Assembly: GCA_913049555.1 (NCBI GenBank)
Contig: CAJWYM010000004.1
Location: forward strand, 15,509 to 79,508
Length of the DNA stretch: 64,000 nt
Source: an uncultured Opitutia bacterium
GTDB taxonomy: Bacteria > Verrucomicrobiota > Verrucomicrobiia > Opitutales > CAJWYM01
Direction: 5' to 3'
The notes under the pieces: generated by a model
Databases searched by the model: none
Told to the model about the DNA's origin: nothing
The model's input: the letters and a program-made list of their open reading frames with translations, nothing else
Shown: piece by piece, positions 28,375 through 37,986 of the stretch
Numbering within the stretch: position 1 is the first letter of the stretch
How the letters are laid out: the number at the start of each line of letters is the position of its first letter
Translations under genes and position numbers: made by a program

Positions 28375-28541
28375 GGAACTCTAATGCATTGGAAGATTGG
28401 AAGATTACAATAGCGGTCTGATAGGAATATTTTAGAGAGTTTCAAAGAGTCCCAATCTGTATTCTGGTATACTCTATCAGCCATGGCAGTCAAAATTATA
28501 AAGTCCAAAATCATTCTAAAATGTAGAACTAGGGTTGGAAA

Positions 28542-29117
28542 TTAAGAGGAATCTTTCTTTTCTTTCTGCCAATCCAACGATTCAGAATCCTCCGCTGAAC
28601 TTACAGCATCTTGTTCGATTTCGGTCACAGGGGATGAGAGAGTCAATGCCGTGCTATCCTCAGATGCATATTTGGTCTCGAAATCTGTCACCAAAACATG
28701 AATCGAACTTAATTTCTCCAATCCAAAATCGCATCGCAAAGATTCTTCCAAATGGGTCCTAAGGATTTCGCGAACTTCCCGCAGATTACAACCTTCTTGT
28801 ATGCCCACCTTCACATAAATGGCAATTTTATTGCCGGTCATTTTTATAGATGGTCTCGGATTTTGAACCCCAGGAACTCGATTGCATTTGTTAAAAATCA
28901 AAGTTTTCAACGCATATTTACTAATGGATACCCGACCGCTTTCATCTTCAAAGGCCAAAACATCCTTTCCTTTGCCTCGAACAAATCGAACCAACATAGA
29001 AAAAATAAGTAGAATAAAAAGGAGGAGAGCAAGGCCCGAAAACCATTCGAGGTAATCGGTGCAAAAATAGATAGTATTTTGAGCCCATTCAGGGAATTGC
29101 TGGAGATCTATGTTCAT
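28542..29117 (-). CDS. Membrane-anchored Asp23/Gls24-like protein (AmaP-like)
   Basis: N-terminal TM (FSGLALLLFILLIFSMLV) followed by an Asp23-like core (GRVSISKYALKTLI...VPGV...IAIYVKVGIQEGCNLREV...IHVLVTDF). Confidence 0.55.
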   Translation of the reverse strand: MNIDLQQFPEWAQNTIYFCTDYLEWFSGLALLLFILLIFSMLVRFVRGKGKDVLAFEDESGRVSISKYALKTLIFNKCNRVPGVQNPRPSIKMTGNKIAIYVKVGIQEGCNLREVREILRTHLEESLRCDFGLEKLSSIHVLVTDFETKYASEDSTALTLSSPVTEIEQDAVSSAEDSESLDWQKEKKDSS

Positions 29118-29219
29118 GGAATTTTTTTCTATTTAATGAAAAATTGGGGGTTCGTGAGATACAGAAAAGGCGATCCTTTTCGTTGATCGCCTTTGAATAA
29201 TTAAAATGAAAAACAAGGG

Positions 29220-29675
29220 TCAGTCGGTTGCGTCATTTCCCCAAGCGTGTTCCTCTGAGTCTTTATTTTCCTCAAGACGCACTTCATCAATAATTACATC
29301 GATCTGACGAACCGTATTGGAAGTCATCTTAACGATTTGATCTTTGACTCGCTCTTGAACAAGCCCGGCTGTTTTAGCAAGCTCAACCCCAAACTTCAGG
29401 ACTACCCGAATTTCAATCACATAGGAACCGCCTTCATCTTCTTCGACGTTGACTCCTTGGGCATCTTTTTTAGGAAAAATTCCCAAACCATCCACAAAAC
29501 TTCCCGTTCCAACTGAAATCACTCCGTCTACCTCTAAAGTGGCTAGACGAACAATGCTGGCTACAACACTGTGGTTGATCTTAATATCTCCCAAAGACGC
29601 TGACTCTTCTGAAATAGTAGGGATACTAGTTATTTCGTTTCCTTCTGTTTTGATTGTATCATCCGTTTTACTCAT
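29220..29675 (-). CDS. Asp23/Gls24-family (alkaline shock protein type) protein
   Basis: [24 protein letters not shown] and [30 protein letters not shown]. 4-nt overlap with the accC stop. Confidence 0.8.
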   Translation of the reverse strand: MSKTDDTIKTEGNEITSIPTISEESASLGDIKINHSVVASIVRLATLEVDGVISVGTGSFVDGLGIFPKKDAQGVNVEEDEGGSYVIEIRVVLKFGVELAKTAGLVQERVKDQIVKMTSNTVRQIDVIIDEVRLEENKDSEEHAWGNDATD

Positions 29676-31051
29676 TTAACTTCCTCGTTTGTGAACACTT
29701 CTGTTGGGGTTCTACTCATAAATTCTTCGATGTAACTTGTAGTGGCATCTCCATTGCGAAAAGTAGGGTCTTGCAAGATTGCTTTATTAAAACCGATGTT
29801 CGTTTTGATGCCGCGAATTAGATACTCAGACAAAGCGCGAATCATGCGGTCGATCGCAATCTCTCTTGTTTTGCCATAAGTAATTACCTTGGAGATCATG
29901 CTGTCGTAATAAGGTGAAATTTTATAACCCCCATATGCATGAGAATCGATACGAACTCCATGACCACCGGGAGCGTAGTAAAGACCGATTTCTCCAGGAC
30001 TCGGTGCAAAATTGTTGGCTGGATCTTCAGCACAAACCCGAACTTCTATCGAATGCCGATTGATTTGAATATCTTTTTGGCTGTATTTTAGAGGCTCCCC
30101 AGCAGCAATTAAAATTTGTTCTTTAATCAAGTCAATGCCAGTGACTTCCTCAGTCACCCCATGTTCCACTTGAATGCGAGTATTCATCTCTATGAAGTAA
30201 AAATCGCCGTGTTTATCCACTAGATATTCGACCGTTCCTGCATTTTCATAGCCACAGGATTCAGCTGCTTTAATAGTGGCACGCCCCATTTTCTTGCGTA
30301 AGTCAGGAGTCAAAAAAGGAGAAGGTGCTTCCTCAACTACCTTTTGGTGCCTTCTTTGAACGGAACAATCTCTCTCACCGAGATGAATCACATTTCCTCT
30401 AGAATCCGCAAGTAACTGAAACTCAATGTGCCTGGGGGACTCAATATACTTTTCAACATACAAAGATCCGTCTCCAAAGGCTTTCTCGGCCTCCATACGA
30501 GCAGAGTCAAATTCTTTTGAAAAGGCGACAGCATTGTGAGCAACCCGCATTCCTCGACCCCCTCCACCAGAAACTGCCTTGATGATAACAGGAAAACCAA
30601 TTTGATTGGCGACCTTCAGTCCTTGGGTTGCATTCGCAACTGTTCCATCACTGCCTGGAATCACAGGAACTTTGTAGGATTTGACCGTTTCTCGGGCAAC
30701 GGCTTTGTCTCCCATCATTCTGATTGTCGAAGATCTAGGCCCGATAAACTTAATTTTGCAAGTCTCGCACTGCTCCGCAAACTTTGCATTTTCAGACAAA
30801 AACCCATAACCAGGATGGATTGCATCCACGTTTGCAATTTCAGCAGCACTGATAATTTGATCCGCTTTGAGATAACTATCCATTGCTTGGGGACCCCCAA
30901 TACAAATTGCCTCGTCAGCGAGTTGAACATGCAGTGACTGCTCGTCCGCTTCTGAATAAACGGCCAAAGTCTTGATACCAAGTTCTCGGCAGGCTCTAAC
31001 TATGCGCAGTGCAATCTCCCCACGGTTTGCGATTAAAATCTTTTTAAACAT
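29672..31051 (-). CDS. accC: Acetyl-CoA carboxylase, biotin carboxylase subunit
   Basis: [35 protein letters not shown]. Full-length ATP-grasp enzyme of 459 aa. Confidence 0.95.
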   Translation of the reverse strand: MFKKILIANRGEIALRIVRACRELGIKTLAVYSEADEQSLHVQLADEAICIGGPQAMDSYLKADQIISAAEIANVDAIHPGYGFLSENAKFAEQCETCKIKFIGPRSSTIRMMGDKAVARETVKSYKVPVIPGSDGTVANATQGLKVANQIGFPVIIKAVSGGGGRGMRVAHNAVAFSKEFDSARMEAEKAFGDGSLYVEKYIESPRHIEFQLLADSRGNVIHLGERDCSVQRRHQKVVEEAPSPFLTPDLRKKMGRATIKAAESCGYENAGTVEYLVDKHGDFYFIEMNTRIQVEHGVTEEVTGIDLIKEQILIAAGEPLKYSQKDIQINRHSIEVRVCAEDPANNFAPSPGEIGLYYAPGGHGVRIDSHAYGGYKISPYYDSMISKVITYGKTREIAIDRMIRALSEYLIRGIKTNIGFNKAILQDPTFRNGDATTSYIEEFMSRTPTEVFTNEEVK

Positions 31052-31060
31052 TGGGTATTG

Positions 31061-31543
31061 TTATCCCTTTTTGACTTTGAAAAGTGGCTGCCCGTATTCA
31101 ACAGGTTCACCACTCTCAACGAGAGCTTCAATGATTTTGCCGCTCAAGTCTGCTTTGATCTCATTCATCACCTTCATAGCCTCTACTATACAAACAATGG
31201 TTTCATTGTTTACACTGGAGCCAATGTCGACAAATAAAGGACTCTCAGGAGAAGGAGCGCGATAAAAAGTCCCAACCATCGGAGACTTTATAATTTCAAC
31301 ATTCGGGTCCACTGCAGGAGCCCCTTGATTTCCGGGAGCTGCTTCCATTCCCGGCTGTGGAATTATGACAGGAGCCGGTGCTTGCATGGGCAATTGTAAA
31401 GGCGCCATGTTGGTGACACTCAAACCTTCGTTGGGTGTTCCTCTTTTAATGCGAATCTTAAAATTTTCTTCTTCGAGTTCGAATTCAGTCAAATTCGCTT
31501 CGTTGATCAGATCAACAACTTTTTTTAAATCTCTAATGTCCAA
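31061..31543 (-). CDS. accB: Acetyl-CoA carboxylase biotin carboxyl carrier protein
   Basis: Pro/Ala-rich linker and the biotinyl-lysine motif EAMKVMNEI near the C-terminus. Confidence 0.93.
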   Translation of the reverse strand: MDIRDLKKVVDLINEANLTEFELEEENFKIRIKRGTPNEGLSVTNMAPLQLPMQAPAPVIIPQPGMEAAPGNQGAPAVDPNVEIIKSPMVGTFYRAPSPESPLFVDIGSSVNNETIVCIVEAMKVMNEIKADLSGKIIEALVESGEPVEYGQPLFKVKKG

Positions 31544-31678
31544 AACAATTTTCTCTAATAACTGGTTAACTTTTAGTGGATTTCAATACTTTGAATGACT
31601 TTTTACTGACTGACAATCGAAATCATTAACAAAGGATTAATTAATGAATGTCCAAACTAGAAAAATCTGTAAGGAGGA

Positions 31679-32086
31679 TTAAGCAATGATTACAGCAAAG
31701 GCTTGCGCAAGAGAACTCGTATGAGACAATGAAATCAACACCTCTTTTCCTCCAAGTTCTGAGAGAAGTGTTTTTCCTTTTTGATCCAAACGTATCCATG
31801 GTTCTTCTCGATCGCCCTTAATTACTTGAATCGACTTCCAATCTAAATATTTGCTTATCCCCGTTGTAAATGCTTTGCTAACAGCCTCTTTGGCAGCAAA
31901 ACGAACTGCATAGTATGGATAAGGGTTCCGTTTGGAAGAACAATAATAAATCTCTTCTTCTGTAAAAATTCTACCAATAAAACGATCCTCGTGGTTTTCG
32001 CAGGCTTCTTTTATTCGATGAATATCGATTAAATCAGTTCCGACACCGATTACTTTTCCTCCATTTCTTAATTTAAAATCCACCAT
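31679..32086 (-). CDS. acpS: Holo-[acyl-carrier-protein] synthase
   Basis: GVGTDLIDIHRI, FAAKEAVSKA and ISLSHT motifs; 135 aa. Confidence 0.9.
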   Translation of the reverse strand: MVDFKLRNGGKVIGVGTDLIDIHRIKEACENHEDRFIGRIFTEEEIYYCSSKRNPYPYYAVRFAAKEAVSKAFTTGISKYLDWKSIQVIKGDREEPWIRLDQKGKTLLSELGGKEVLISLSHTSSLAQAFAVIIA

Positions 32087-32314
32087 CTTGCATTAAAATT
32101 ACAATGCCAAAGCAAAGGGTCGAAGTCAACGACTCCCGAAGTGCAAAAATAGATGTATAAACAATGAACACATATTCAAGCTGGTATTAAATCTGCAAAA
32201 TTAGCTTAAAATATGGATAAAATTATTATTGCCAGTCTAAAGATAAAGAATAACTTCTTACAACATTCTCTATCCGCCCTCTCTAATTTAATATCAAATT
32301 TGGGATAATACTTA

Positions 32315-33577
32315 ATGCCAAAGAATATCGGTTTTATTTCAACTCGCTTCGCCGGAACGGACGGAGTCTCTCTAGAAAGCGCTAAATGGGCGGAAACACT
32401 TTGGCAAGATGGCCATGTAAGTTATTGGTATAGTGGTAAAAGTGATCGAGATCCAAACATCAGCCACTGCGTTCCAGAAGCTTATTTTGGACACCCAGAG
32501 AATGAATGGATCAATCGTAGAATTTGGTCTACGACGAATCGCAGCCAACATATTTCTGAAAGAATACGAGAAATGGCTGGTTACTTAAAATCCACCCTCT
32601 ATGAATTTGTAGAAAAATATCAGATCGATGCGCTCATTCCCCAAAATTGTAATGCAATTCCAATGCATGTTCCTCTCGGAATAGCAGTTACAGAATTTTT
32701 AGCGGAGACCCAAATTCCATCAATTGCCCATCATCATGATTTTTATTGGGAAAGACCCCGATTTAGCTTGGGGGCCATAAAAGACTATTTGGACATGGCT
32801 TTTCCCCCTAATTTACCAATGATGAGGCATGTTGTGATCAACAATGCTGCCCAAGAGCAACTTTCCTTCCGCAAAGGAATTTCATCTTTGATGGTTCCAA
32901 ATGTGTTTAACTTTCAAGTGCCCCCTCCACAACCAGATGAATACACAAAGGATATAAGAAAAGAAATCGGATTGGCCAAAGATGATTTTTTCATTTTGCA
33001 ACCAACAAGAGTGGTTCCACGAAAAGGAATCGAACATGCCATAAAATTAGTGGCGATGCTTAATAATCCTAAATGCAAACTCGTAATTTCTCACGATGCG
33101 GGGGATGAGGGAATGGATTATGCCGACATGCTCTATGAGCTTGCAGAGCAAGAGGGAGTGGATCTAAGGATCATAGCTACTCGAGTCGGTGAGGTTCGGC
33201 AATTGAACGCGGAAGGCAACAAAATTTATACTCTTTGGGATATTTACCCGCATGCAGATTTAGTGACATATCCAAGTCTTTATGAAGGATTTGGGAACGC
33301 TTTATTGGAGGCGATTTACTTCAAAAAACCCGTTGTCATAAATCGATACTCGATCTTTATTCAGGACATTGAACCCAAAGGCTTCAAGTTGGCTGTCATG
33401 GATGGTTTTGTGACTAGTTCTCTAATTAAAATCGTTGATAAAATTATGAATGATAAGAACTTTTGTAAAGATATGGTAGAACACAATTATGAAGTTGCTA
33501 ATCAGTTTTATGGTTATGACGTATTAAAACGCAGTCTTCAAACCCACTTAACGAGCTTATTTGGAAACAACGTATGA
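32315..33577 (+). CDS. GT4-like retaining glycosyltransferase; candidate glycoside compatible-solute synthase (glucosylglycerate/mannosylglucosylglycerate-type)
   Basis: C-terminal GT-B signature with EX7E (YEGFGNALLEAIYFKKPVV). N-terminus is IGFISTRFAGTDGVSLE. ATGA overlap with the downstream GH13 gene. The specific product is inference only. Confidence 0.6.
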   Translation: MPKNIGFISTRFAGTDGVSLESAKWAETLWQDGHVSYWYSGKSDRDPNISHCVPEAYFGHPENEWINRRIWSTTNRSQHISERIREMAGYLKSTLYEFVEKYQIDALIPQNCNAIPMHVPLGIAVTEFLAETQIPSIAHHHDFYWERPRFSLGAIKDYLDMAFPPNLPMMRHVVINNAAQEQLSFRKGISSLMVPNVFNFQVPPPQPDEYTKDIRKEIGLAKDDFFILQPTRVVPRKGIEHAIKLVAMLNNPKCKLVISHDAGDEGMDYADMLYELAEQEGVDLRIIATRVGEVRQLNAEGNKIYTLWDIYPHADLVTYPSLYEGFGNALLEAIYFKKPVVINRYSIFIQDIEPKGFKLAVMDGFVTSSLIKIVDKIMNDKNFCKDMVEHNYEVANQFYGYDVLKRSLQTHLTSLFGNNV

Positions 33578-35331
33578 ATAAACCCTCTTTTTCTACGATC
33601 AAACCCGTATCACGGGATCAACTAAAACGACTGCGCCGTAGACTCCTTAAGCTCTATGGAAATGATGCTGAGAAAATGCTGGAGCGATTCTACATGATGA
33701 TCGGTAGATACGGCATCGGCTTAGAGACATTGCCCATTCGAAAACGATGGAATGAAAAAGATGCCGTCTTAATTACCTATGCAGATATGGTTCAAGACAA
33801 TGAAAACAACGCTTTAAGTGTTTTGAACCAATTTTGTAACCGACATCTTAAAGGCGCCGTCAACACTCTCCATTTGCTCCCTTTTTACCCTTGGTCTTCA
33901 GACGATGGTTTTTCCGTCATTGATTACAGACAGGTCGCTACTGAAAATGGCACTTGGCAGGATGTTCAGCATATAGGCAAAGATTTTCATTTGATGTTTG
34001 ATTTTGTCTTAAATCACTGCTCCGCGAAGAGCCGCTGGTTTAAAGATTATGTAAGTGGAATTGAACCAGAGAAAAACTATTTCGTAGAGGCCAATCCAAA
34101 AGAGGACCTCAGTCTAGTCACGAGACCCCGAGCGAGTCCGCTTCTAACCAAAACTCAAACTAGAGCTGGAACAAAATATGTTTGGACCACATTCAGTGCA
34201 GATCAAGTAGACCTTAATTGGAAGTCTCCAGATCTATTGTTTGAATTCCTCGATATCCTGTTCTACTACCTGTCTATGGGTGCTAAAATTTTTCGCTTAG
34301 ATGCCGTTGCATTTATGTGGAAAAAGATAGGAACCAATTGTTTGCATCTACCAGAAACTCACGAAATCGTAAAACTTTTTCGGGATGTTTTAGAAATCGT
34401 TTCACCAGAAAGTATTCTTATAACTGAGACCAATGTACCTCATGAGGAAAATATAAGTTACTTCGGCAGAGGAGATGAGGCCCACATGGTTTATCAGTTT
34501 ACTTTACCCCCATTGTTACTCCATGGATTATTGAACGAAAAATCAAATCATCTAACAGAATGGGCGCTTCAGTTACCGAAATTACGGAAAGGATGCACCT
34601 ACCTTAACTTTACAGCCAGCCACGATGGAGTTGGAGTCCGTCCTTTACAAGGGATCCTAGATAATAAGGAAATTAAAAAACTCGTCCGGATGATGGAGGC
34701 GAGAGGGGGTAAAGTAAATTGGAAGAGCAATTCTGATGGAACTAAAAGTCCCTACGAGTTGAACATCACCTACTATGACGCCATGTCGGATCTTAAAGAC
34801 GATACTCTAGGAATGCGCAGATTTTTTTGTTCTCAAGCTTTGGCCCTCTCTATGCAAGGAATCCCTGCAGTCTACTTTCACAGTCTAATTGGAACCCTCA
34901 ACAATTATGAAGGGGTCAAAAAAACGAATGAAAACCGAACCATCAATCGAAGAAAGTGGAATGTTACAGAACTCAATGCTCTTATTGAAAACCCTGAAAC
35001 TCACCATTCCATTGTGTTTCAACTTTATCAAAAGTTATTGAGAAAAAGAACCGATCAACCTGCTTTTGATCCAGATGCCCTGCAAATTATACACGATCTA
35101 GGCAAAAATTTCTTTGCTTTGACCCGTGAATCCGTAGACAAAAGCCAAAAGATTTTGTGTCTGTATAACTTTACTTCTAAAACAAAATCACTCAAAAAAC
35201 CCATCTTTCTAAAGTCAGCAAAGAAACGGTTTTTTGATATTGCAAGTGGAAAAACCATTCCTTTTACAGCTAGAGGACTGAGCTTCAAACCTTATCATTT
35301 CTATTGGTTACTGATTGACGAATCAGAATAA
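33574..35331 (+). CDS. GH13 subfamily-18-like glycoside phosphorylase (sucrose-phosphorylase-like)
   Basis: GH13 conserved regions are DFVLNHCS, the nucleophile block IFRLDAVAFMWK, the acid/base block ITETNVPHEEN, and FTASHDGVGVRP. Confidence 0.8.
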   Translation: MNKPSFSTIKPVSRDQLKRLRRRLLKLYGNDAEKMLERFYMMIGRYGIGLETLPIRKRWNEKDAVLITYADMVQDNENNALSVLNQFCNRHLKGAVNTLHLLPFYPWSSDDGFSVIDYRQVATENGTWQDVQHIGKDFHLMFDFVLNHCSAKSRWFKDYVSGIEPEKNYFVEANPKEDLSLVTRPRASPLLTKTQTRAGTKYVWTTFSADQVDLNWKSPDLLFEFLDILFYYLSMGAKIFRLDAVAFMWKKIGTNCLHLPETHEIVKLFRDVLEIVSPESILITETNVPHEENISYFGRGDEAHMVYQFTLPPLLLHGLLNEKSNHLTEWALQLPKLRKGCTYLNFTASHDGVGVRPLQGILDNKEIKKLVRMMEARGGKVNWKSNSDGTKSPYELNITYYDAMSDLKDDTLGMRRFFCSQALALSMQGIPAVYFHSLIGTLNNYEGVKKTNENRTINRRKWNVTELNALIENPETHHSIVFQLYQKLLRKRTDQPAFDPDALQIIHDLGKNFFALTRESVDKSQKILCLYNFTSKTKSLKKPIFLKSAKKRFFDIASGKTIPFTARGLSFKPYHFYWLLIDESE

Positions 35332-35376
35332 TTAAACCATTTTACCCAAAAAAACTGGGATCAGAAAAATTTGGCA

Positions 35377-35928
35377 TCAATTTATTTTCAATAAATCGTT
35401 CTTCAAGGATCGTGTTTTCTCATGATCTCCTAACCAAATACTTAAATATAATTTTGCGAAATCATCTCCTTCCACTTTCACTGCTAAATTGTCTTTCCAC
35501 CAAATTTCAATTCCTTGACTCGGGTAATAATACAGCTCGTAAAAATCACCTTTTTTTACAGATTGCATGGCATTCTCAACGAGGGCCAATTCTTTGAAAT
35601 AAAGATCCAACAATTTTGGAGAATACAAATCTTGTAAAATATCCTGTCCCGCACGCACCAGCTTTTCTGCTCGAATATCACGATAGTATTGTAACTTTAA
35701 AACAATGGGAACTGCACTGGGAAATTGATAAGCAGCTTTGTGCTCAATATCTATGTAAAGACTCGCCTCCAGAATTTTAAAAAAGAATCCCCTTTTGTAA
35801 GTGGAGTTCGAATACAGACCCCAAATTTTTCCATCTTTGGAAATACTATTGTGCAACTCAAATTCTTTAGCGTATGAAAAGGATGCAGCGTTGATCACTA
35901 GTGAAAGGAGTATAATTATGAATTTCAT
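35377..35928 (-). CDS. Secreted chalcone-isomerase-like family protein
   Basis: Signal peptide (MKFIIILLSLVINAASFSYA). FFFKILEASLYID and PIVLKLQYYRDIRAEKL resemble the bacterial Chalcone_3 pattern. Confidence 0.55.
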   Translation of the reverse strand: MKFIIILLSLVINAASFSYAKEFELHNSISKDGKIWGLYSNSTYKRGFFFKILEASLYIDIEHKAAYQFPSAVPIVLKLQYYRDIRAEKLVRAGQDILQDLYSPKLLDLYFKELALVENAMQSVKKGDFYELYYYPSQGIEIWWKDNLAVKVEGDDFAKLYLSIWLGDHEKTRSLKNDLLKIN

Positions 35929-36266
35929 AATACTACAATATAAGCGCCTGGATTTTTATTTTGGCAAGTGTAAAACTTAATTTTTTTGGAAAACTTCAAA
36001 TGAGAAAGTATTTTTTCAATTTCCACCCTAATTTTACCTGATCCTACAATCAATTTCACTTTTCCATATTTTTTGTGGATGCCATAGTCCAGAGTCGCAT
36101 ACATTTTATCTACAGCCTCAGCGACGGTCTCCTGCTGGTGGGCGATGTCATAGGTCCAAGTTTTTGATCGATTCAATAATCGCAAATCCCATCCACACTT
36201 TGCACAATCTTCCAATCCATGTTCCCAGATAGATCCGCATTGCTCACAATGGACCGTCTTTTTCAT
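35925..36266 (-). CDS. Zinc-ribbon plus Smr-like domain protein with degenerate catalytic motifs
   Basis: CEQCGS...CAKCG is a four-Cys ribbon. YDIAHQQETVAEAV sits where Smr has LDLHG..EA, KLIVGSG where Smr has IIHGKG, and NPGAYIVVL where Smr has GG.GA..V.L. Confidence 0.45.
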   Translation of the reverse strand: MKKTVHCEQCGSIWEHGLEDCAKCGWDLRLLNRSKTWTYDIAHQQETVAEAVDKMYATLDYGIHKKYGKVKLIVGSGKIRVEIEKILSHLKFSKKIKFYTCQNKNPGAYIVVL

Positions 36267-36478
36267 GTTTCTGCGTTCACCCGAATCTCCTCCCCAGCAA
36301 AAGAAACAATATCCCCATTTTTAAGTTTGTTCCTTTTTCGGGTTTCAATGACACCATTTACAGAAACCATTAGATCTTCAATCACCATCTTTGCTTCACC
36401 ACCACTAGCCACTAGATTGGCTAGTTTTAATAATTTATAGAGTTCTATATATTTACCACTTACTTTTTGTTCGATCAT
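36263..36478 (-). CDS. ybcJ: S4-domain ribosome-associated RNA-binding protein YbcJ
   Basis: IELYKLLKLANLVASGGEAKMVIEDLMVSVNGVIETRKRNKLKNGDIVSFAGEEIRV aligns closely with E. coli YbcJ as I recall it. ATG at 36478. ATGA overlap with the next gene. Confidence 0.8.
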   Translation of the reverse strand: MIEQKVSGKYIELYKLLKLANLVASGGEAKMVIEDLMVSVNGVIETRKRNKLKNGDIVSFAGEEIRVNAET

Positions 36479-36831
36479 ATCTACTTTGGATTCAATAAAG
36501 GTCGGCAAATTGCTCAAGATAATTCTGTTAAGTAGGGACAAGATCTAATAGAATCTCTCCGTTTGGATCTATTTTGGTTTTTAATATGCAATTTAGCTTC
36601 TGAAGCACGTTGGAATCTCTATTTCAAATCTAACCAGCTTAAAAACCGTTTATCAAGCTGATTTTAAGGTCCTTAATAGAATCGATCTCATAAAAATTGG
36701 GAATGAAATCGTGCCTAGCCAATCGATTTGAAATAACAAGGTTCGGTTCCTTAAACTTGATATTTAAGAATTTGTATTCAACTCAATGCCCTTTGGTATT
36801 TCCTAACATTCTTTAAATGATTTCATTCAAA

Positions 36832-37944
36832 TTATTGTGGGATCTCTCCATCCTCGAATAGATCTTTTGGGTTTAAAAATGATTGGTATACTTTTAGATA
36901 ATTTTGGCTCATCTTGTGGATACAAAATTTCTTAGATTGTTCGAAGCCATTTTTTGCAATTCTTTCTCTCAGTCTCTCGTCCTCCATCAGTCGATCGAGA
37001 GCCCGGGCAATTTCCGCTGGATCTTTAGGATTGACCAACAACGCAGATTCATCATTTGTGCCAGCCACCTCTGAGACTCCCTCAATATTACTTACAATAC
37101 ATGGAAGTTCACTTGCCATCGCCTCTGCAACGACTAGTCCAAAACCCTCCCACTTTGAACTCAGTAAAAAGAGATCGGCTTGTGCTAGAATATCAGGAAT
37201 TTTATTAGAATGTCCTTTAAGATCCACTTGCATCTCTAATCCGAGATTTGAAATCAAATCTTTCAACTCTTGGTAAGAAGATCCTTCTCCATAAATATGA
37301 TATTCATAATTTTTGTTTTTCAACAATAAGCAGGCCCTAATAGCCGTATCGAAATTCTTTTTTGGCAACAATCGACCGATAGAAATAATTCGCATTTTCT
37401 CTTTTTTTTGGATCGGTTTCTTCTTATAAAATGCATTCAACTCAATGCCGTTTAAAACCACTACTGATTTTTTCTCAGCATTTGGAAACCAACGAATAAA
37501 TGATTGATGTACTCCATCACTGATTGAGATGATTTGATCGTATGGATTGTATAAAAAACGATCGAAAAGTGCACCCATTGTAGAGGCTCTTCTTTGATTC
37601 CATGTATCATGCTCCGTTGTGATCAAACAAAATTTGCTTTTGATTGAAAACTGAATGCATGCTGCCCAGAACTGACTTTGGGTCAAATGACTGTGGACAA
37701 TGTCGATCCGACTCCCGACATCCAATTGAAGGATTAAGTTTCGAATCTTAAAATACAAGTAAGGATGCCAAGGCGATTTAGCTCCCAAACAAAAAATTCT
37801 CCCGCATTTATATTGTTCAGGAATATCAAGAAGACTGATGATATAACTTTGGTGCCCAGCCTCTAGAAAGCTTTCATGCAATTGAATTACCAATCTCTCT
37901 GCTCCCCCACCTTGCAGCTGGTTGATAATTTGAACGATTTTCAT
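36832..37944 (-). CDS. Glycosyltransferase family 4
   Basis: GGAERLVIQL at the N-terminus and EGFGLVVAEAMASELPCIVSN (EX7E) at the C-terminus. Confidence 0.85.
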   Translation of the reverse strand: MKIVQIINQLQGGGAERLVIQLHESFLEAGHQSYIISLLDIPEQYKCGRIFCLGAKSPWHPYLYFKIRNLILQLDVGSRIDIVHSHLTQSQFWAACIQFSIKSKFCLITTEHDTWNQRRASTMGALFDRFLYNPYDQIISISDGVHQSFIRWFPNAEKKSVVVLNGIELNAFYKKKPIQKKEKMRIISIGRLLPKKNFDTAIRACLLLKNKNYEYHIYGEGSSYQELKDLISNLGLEMQVDLKGHSNKIPDILAQADLFLLSSKWEGFGLVVAEAMASELPCIVSNIEGVSEVAGTNDESALLVNPKDPAEIARALDRLMEDERLRERIAKNGFEQSKKFCIHKMSQNYLKVYQSFLNPKDLFEDGEIPQ

Positions 37945-37986
37945 TAAAACAACAGAAGTTCTTTATTTAAAACACCCATCTCTTCA

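Noticed and set aside
28375-28541. A possible TPP (THI-box) riboswitch upstream of thiE, and a tandem octamer TGGAAGAT-TGGAAGAT at about 28390-28405.
   Set aside because: Neither strand shows the CTGAGA ... ACCTGATCTGGATAATGCCAGCG consensus. The octamer repeat is only two copies just upstream of the start codon and could be chance in AT-rich sequence.
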